A stretch of DNA of 64,000 nucleotides from Macrostomum lignano (taxonomy: Eukaryota). Below the pieces are notes generated by a model. The model worked only from the letters and a program-made list of their open reading frames with translations. It did not search any database and was not told where the DNA came from. The stretch spans positions 62,001 through 126,000 of the forward strand of contig NIVC01001176.1 of the NCBI GenBank assembly GCA_002269645.1, read 5' to 3'. Both the position numbers and the translations under genes were made by a program. This document shows, piece after piece, positions 60,069 through 64,000 of the stretch. The first letter of the stretch is position 1; each line of letters begins with the position of its first letter.

Positions 60069-60283
60069 AACTTAAAAAAAGGTAAATATTTTTCTTATTT
60101 AAACTGCCTAATACTTAAATGTTCATAAAAATTGATGCATGTTGATCCGTTTCGGCTTGTTAGTATGACATCTTTGCTGATAATTCTGCATATAAAATTT
60201 TGACAGAAGACAAATACTTTGACGAGCTTTTAATTGACTAAAAGGTCGACTAGAGACAATTCAAAACTACAAAAAGTCGAAAT

Positions 60284-60577
60284 ATGAGCCTGCTGTGTCC
60301 CTGCACCTCAGGCCGCAGTAGTCAGCGCGATGCAAAGTACTCACTGAACTCTGCCGGCCCCAGCGGCTCCGGCGCTACTGGCGGCGCTAATGCCGGACGA
60401 GGCGGTCGAAAATTGACGCCAAAACAAATTAGCGACCAGATTGACGAGCAGATCAAGCAGGACAAGCGGCGACGCCGTCAGGAGCGACGGATTTTGTTGC
60501 TAGGCACGGCGGCTAGCGGCAAGAGTACATTTCTGCGGTCCCTGCGCATCATCCATAAGGATCAGTTTGATGAGCGG
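60284..60577 (+). CDS. Heterotrimeric G-protein alpha subunit, G12/13-like (divergent), exon 1
   Basis: MSLLCPC..., [34 protein letters not shown] (Galpha12: [21 protein letters not shown]). Donor CGG|GTGCGA at 60578. Confidence 0.9.
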
Positions 60578-60595
60578 GTGCGATCGCTATCGTAT

Positions 60596-60856
<261 letters not shown>

Positions 60857-60890
60857 ATACAAGCATCCATAATATACAAACACCCGACAG

Positions 60891-61862
60891 GAGGTCCGCA
60901 GCTTCCAGGCCGTCATCTACGCGAACGTGTGGCGCGGCATCATGAAGCTGCTGTTCATCAAGAAGCAGCTGGGCATCAAGTGGGAGAGCTCCAAGCCGGG
61001 CATCGCCGCTGTGAAATCTATGCTAGCCCTGGAAAGCGAAATCGGTCAGGTCAACGTGGTGAGCTGCAACATCACCGAGGATCAGTTCCTCCGGGCTGCG
61101 CCGCATATCCGCACCCTCTGGTGCGACAGCGGCGTACGCGAATCCTTCGAACGCCGGCACAGCGTCCAAGGCGACGAAGAATTTCGCGACGTCGGCGAGA
61201 ACCTGGACTATTATTTGAATCAGCTGGACTCCATCGCCATGCCGGGCTACCGGCCCACCGAGGCGCACATTTTGCACTCGCGTCGATTCACCGACTCCGT
61301 ATTTGAGAAGCCGCTAATGTACAATGGCATACCGCTGCTAATCATCGATATTGGCGGCCACACCAATGAGAGACGGAAATGGGCCAAAACTCTGCGCGTG
61401 TTCCGCGGCGAATTGCAGTCCGTTATCTACATCATTGCCTGCTCAACATTCAACGAATTCTATACTAAACCGGCCACTGGCGAGCTGATTAATAAGCTTG
61501 ACGAGAGCTTTGACTGTTTGCGTCATCTGTTGGAGATTAAAACTGAGCTATTCACGCCCGACATGAGTCTGATTGTGTTCTTCAACAAGGACGACCTGTT
61601 CTCTTATAAGATTGAAACCCTTCGAGTCAACTACGCCCAGTACGATACCAGCTTCGACTCGCAGCGGTACGACCCCACTAATCTGGGCCACGTCAGGGAG
61701 CACCTGCTTCGCCGGCTTAACGTTGTGCTTAACGCCAGTCTTCAGCTGAAGAAGTACACCCACTTTACTACGTCAATCGATTTGAGCAACGTTCGTCGCG
61801 TATTCAAGGACGTCCAGGACACTGTTATGCACAATTTCATTCGGGAGGCGCTGCCAACTTGA
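60891..61862 (+). CDS. G-alpha G12/13-like, exon 2
   Basis: Acceptor gacAG at 60890. VIYANVWRGIM..LGIKW, ILHSRRFT, DIGGH, FFNKDDLF, HFTTSID, and VFKDVQDTVMH similar to Galpha13 VFRDVKDTILH. The full protein is 421 aa. Confidence 0.93.
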   Translation, partial: EVRSFQAVIYANVWRGIMKLLFIKKQLGIKWESSKPGIAAVKSMLALESEIGQVNVVSCNITEDQFLRAAPHIRTLWCDSGVRESFERRHSVQGDEEFRDVGENLDYYLNQLDSIAMPGYRPTEAHILHSRRFTDSVFEKPLMYNGIPLLIIDIGGHTNERRKWAKTLRVFRGELQSVIYIIACSTFNEFYTKPATGELINKLDESFDCLRHLLEIKTELFTPDMSLIVFFNKDDLFSYKIETLRVNYAQYDTSFDSQRYDPTNLGHVREHLLRRLNVVLNASLQLKKYTHFTTSIDLSNVRRVFKDVQDTVMHNFIREALPT

Positions 61863-62029
61863 ATTTTTTTATGTAAATCGTTCGATTTTCAAACACGAAA
61901 GAGTCTAATAATGCTTTGACTTTTCCCGCTCTATTTCCGCCTGTGTTTTCATTGTAGAGGCGTGCGTTGCTGCTTTTGCGAGGCTGAAGTTCAATATTTA
62001 GTCAATTGGCTTCTTTTCCGACCCTCATA

Positions 62030-62700
62030 CACTTGCTGGGCCGGCCTCTTAGGTCCTCAGTTGCTGGGCCAGCCTCCCAGATGCTCAGTTGCTGGGCCAG
62101 CCTCTTAGATGCTCAGTTGCTGGGCCAGCCTTCCAGATGCTCAGTTGCTGGGCCAGCCTCCCAGATGCTCAGTTGCTGGGCCAGCCTCCCAGATCCTCAG
62201 TTGCTGGGCCAGCCTCCCAGATCCTCAGTTGCTGGGCCAGCCTCCCAGATCCTCAGTTGCTGGGCCAGCCTCCCAGATGCTCAGTTGCTGGGCCAGCCTC
62301 TTAGATGCTCAGTTGCTGGGCCAGCCTCCCAGATCCTCAGTTGCTGGGCCAGCCTCTTAGATGCTCAGTTGCTGGGCCAGCCTCCCAGATCCTCAGTTGC
62401 TGGGCCAGCCTCCCAGATGCTCAGTTGCCGGGCCAGCCTCCCAGATCCTCAGTTGCCGGGCCAGCCTCCCAGATCCTCAGTTGCTGGGCCAGCCTCCCAG
62501 ATCCTCAGTTGCCGGGCCAGCCTCCCAGATCCTCAGTTGCCGGGCCAGCCTCCCAGATGCTCAGTTGCCGGGCCAGCCTCCCAGATCCTCAGTTGCTGGG
62601 CCAGCCTCCCAGATGCTCAGTTGCCGGGCCAGCCTCCCAGATCCTCAGTTGCCGGGCCAGCCTCCAAGATGCTCAGTTGCCGGGCCAGCCTCCCAGATGC
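62030..62700. repeat. 28-bp tandem array (CTCAGTTGCTGGGCCAGCCTCCCAGATG)n
   Basis: About 24 copies with period 28 and point variants. Confidence 0.96.
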
Positions 62701-63500
62701 AACCACACCTGAAAAGGAAACAAATAAATTACAAAGCTGTAAGAGTTCTGTTCGTTGCTTCCCGCCTTAAATAAATTTCGTATATAATCTTCAGTATAAT
62801 GCTAATGAAATGCCTTGTTAATTGAATTGTTTGTTTTTGTCATCGCAACCTGTATGCTATATTGTAATACCATCGTTGGCCTGCCGGAGCTCGCTAAACA
62901 GATATTTATCTCTAATATTTATCTGTTTCACACCTGCAGTTTTTATGATTCACATCGGTTTCTATAAAGTTGAGCACTATAATTTGAGTCCGGTAGGGTT
63001 GGAAAAATTATATAATATATAAACAATAATAGATTGATTGCTTATTTTTATTGTATCTAATCAGTATATATTGCGATTATTACTGTCATTGCTTACCAGT
63101 TTATCTGGATTTTTAGCTTTTTAAATAACCGACTGCAGTGGGGGGAGTGAGGTCATGCTCTGCTTGATTCAATATTCAAATTGCAGATGCTGACTAACTG
63201 TGTATTTTTGTGCCTGCTTTAAATACACTGCCATTAAAATATTTGTTTGCTTTCTGTTATCGCTGTTTTCAATTAATTGTTTTGTAGTCTTTACTGGCCT
63301 CAACTAGTTTCGGCCTGTTTATTACCATATCTTTAACCAGTTTTATAACTTATATTGTCAGTGACTTTTAACAGTTTTACAAATATCTGTGTAGAGTCTT
63401 TATTTTAAATTCGCGCTTGTTTTTTATTTTGTTTTTATCTGTTTAGCATTCAGTTGCAAGCCAAATAAAGGATGATCGGTTAGCTGAAATATTAAGTGCC

Positions 63501-64000
63501 TGTGTCTACTGAAGGGTTGGGGTAGTAGGTAGTGGTGTCTACTGAAGTATTGGGGTAGTAGGTAGTGGTGTCTACTGAAGGATTGGGGTAGTAGGTAGCG
63601 GTGTCTACTGAAGGATTGGGGTAGTAGGTAGCGGTGTCTACTGAAGGATTGGGGGTAGTAGGTAGCGGTGTCTACTGAAGTATTGGGGTAGTAGGTAGCT
63701 GTGTCTACTGAAGTATTGGGGTAGTAGGTAGCTGTGTCTACTGAAGTATTGGGGTAGTAGGTAGTGGTGTCTACTGAAGTATTGGGGTAGTAGGTAGCGG
63801 TGTCTACTGAAGGATTGGGGGTAGTAGGTAGCGGTGTCTACTGAAGTATTGGGGTAGTAGGTAGCTGTGTCTACTGAAGTATTGGGGTAGTAGGTAGTGG
63901 TGTCTACTGAAGTATTGGGGTAGTAGGTAGTGGTGTCTACTGAAGGATTGGGGTAGTAGGTAGCGGTGTCTACTGAAGGATTGGGGTAGTAGGTAGCGGT
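63501..64000. repeat. 33-bp tandem array (GTGTCTACTGAAGTATTGGGGTAGTAGGTAGTG)n, runs off the window end
   Basis: At least 15 copies with period 33. Confidence 0.96.

Overview
Eukaryotic (animal) genomic DNA with GT-AG introns, intronic tandem arrays and many DNA transposons. The style suggests a flatworm such as Macrostomum, but that is inference only. Six spliced protein genes were reconstructed by hand with phase-consistent junctions. (1) The last two exons of an SLC6 transporter (+). (2) A Kir channel (+) whose 6-kb intron holds a polypurine array and an antisense, decayed Ty3/gypsy fragment. (3) A 4-exon, ~1053-aa BED-finger gene domesticated from a hAT transposase, with the DDE triad apparently changed to E/N/Q (+, 18796-40208). 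(4) DESI1 with a PUL-like tail (-), carrying a young DD34D mariner with ~195-bp TIRs in intron 1. (5) A nucleostemin/GNL3-family GTPase (+), head-to-head with DESI1. (6) A divergent G12/13-class G-alpha (+). The most striking observation is this G-alpha: it has substitutions at the catalytic Gln (DIGGH), the P-loop (GTAASGKS) and the G5 Ala (TTSID), positions where known mutations give constitutive activity. Other highlights are a TSD-bounded composite hAT element with a nested MITE just upstream of the BED gene, a CpG-depleted domain with deaminated MITE termini, and a possible spliced transcript with a zero-length (recursive) splice site. No CRISPR array, rRNA or tRNA was found. All coordinates and alignments were made by eye.
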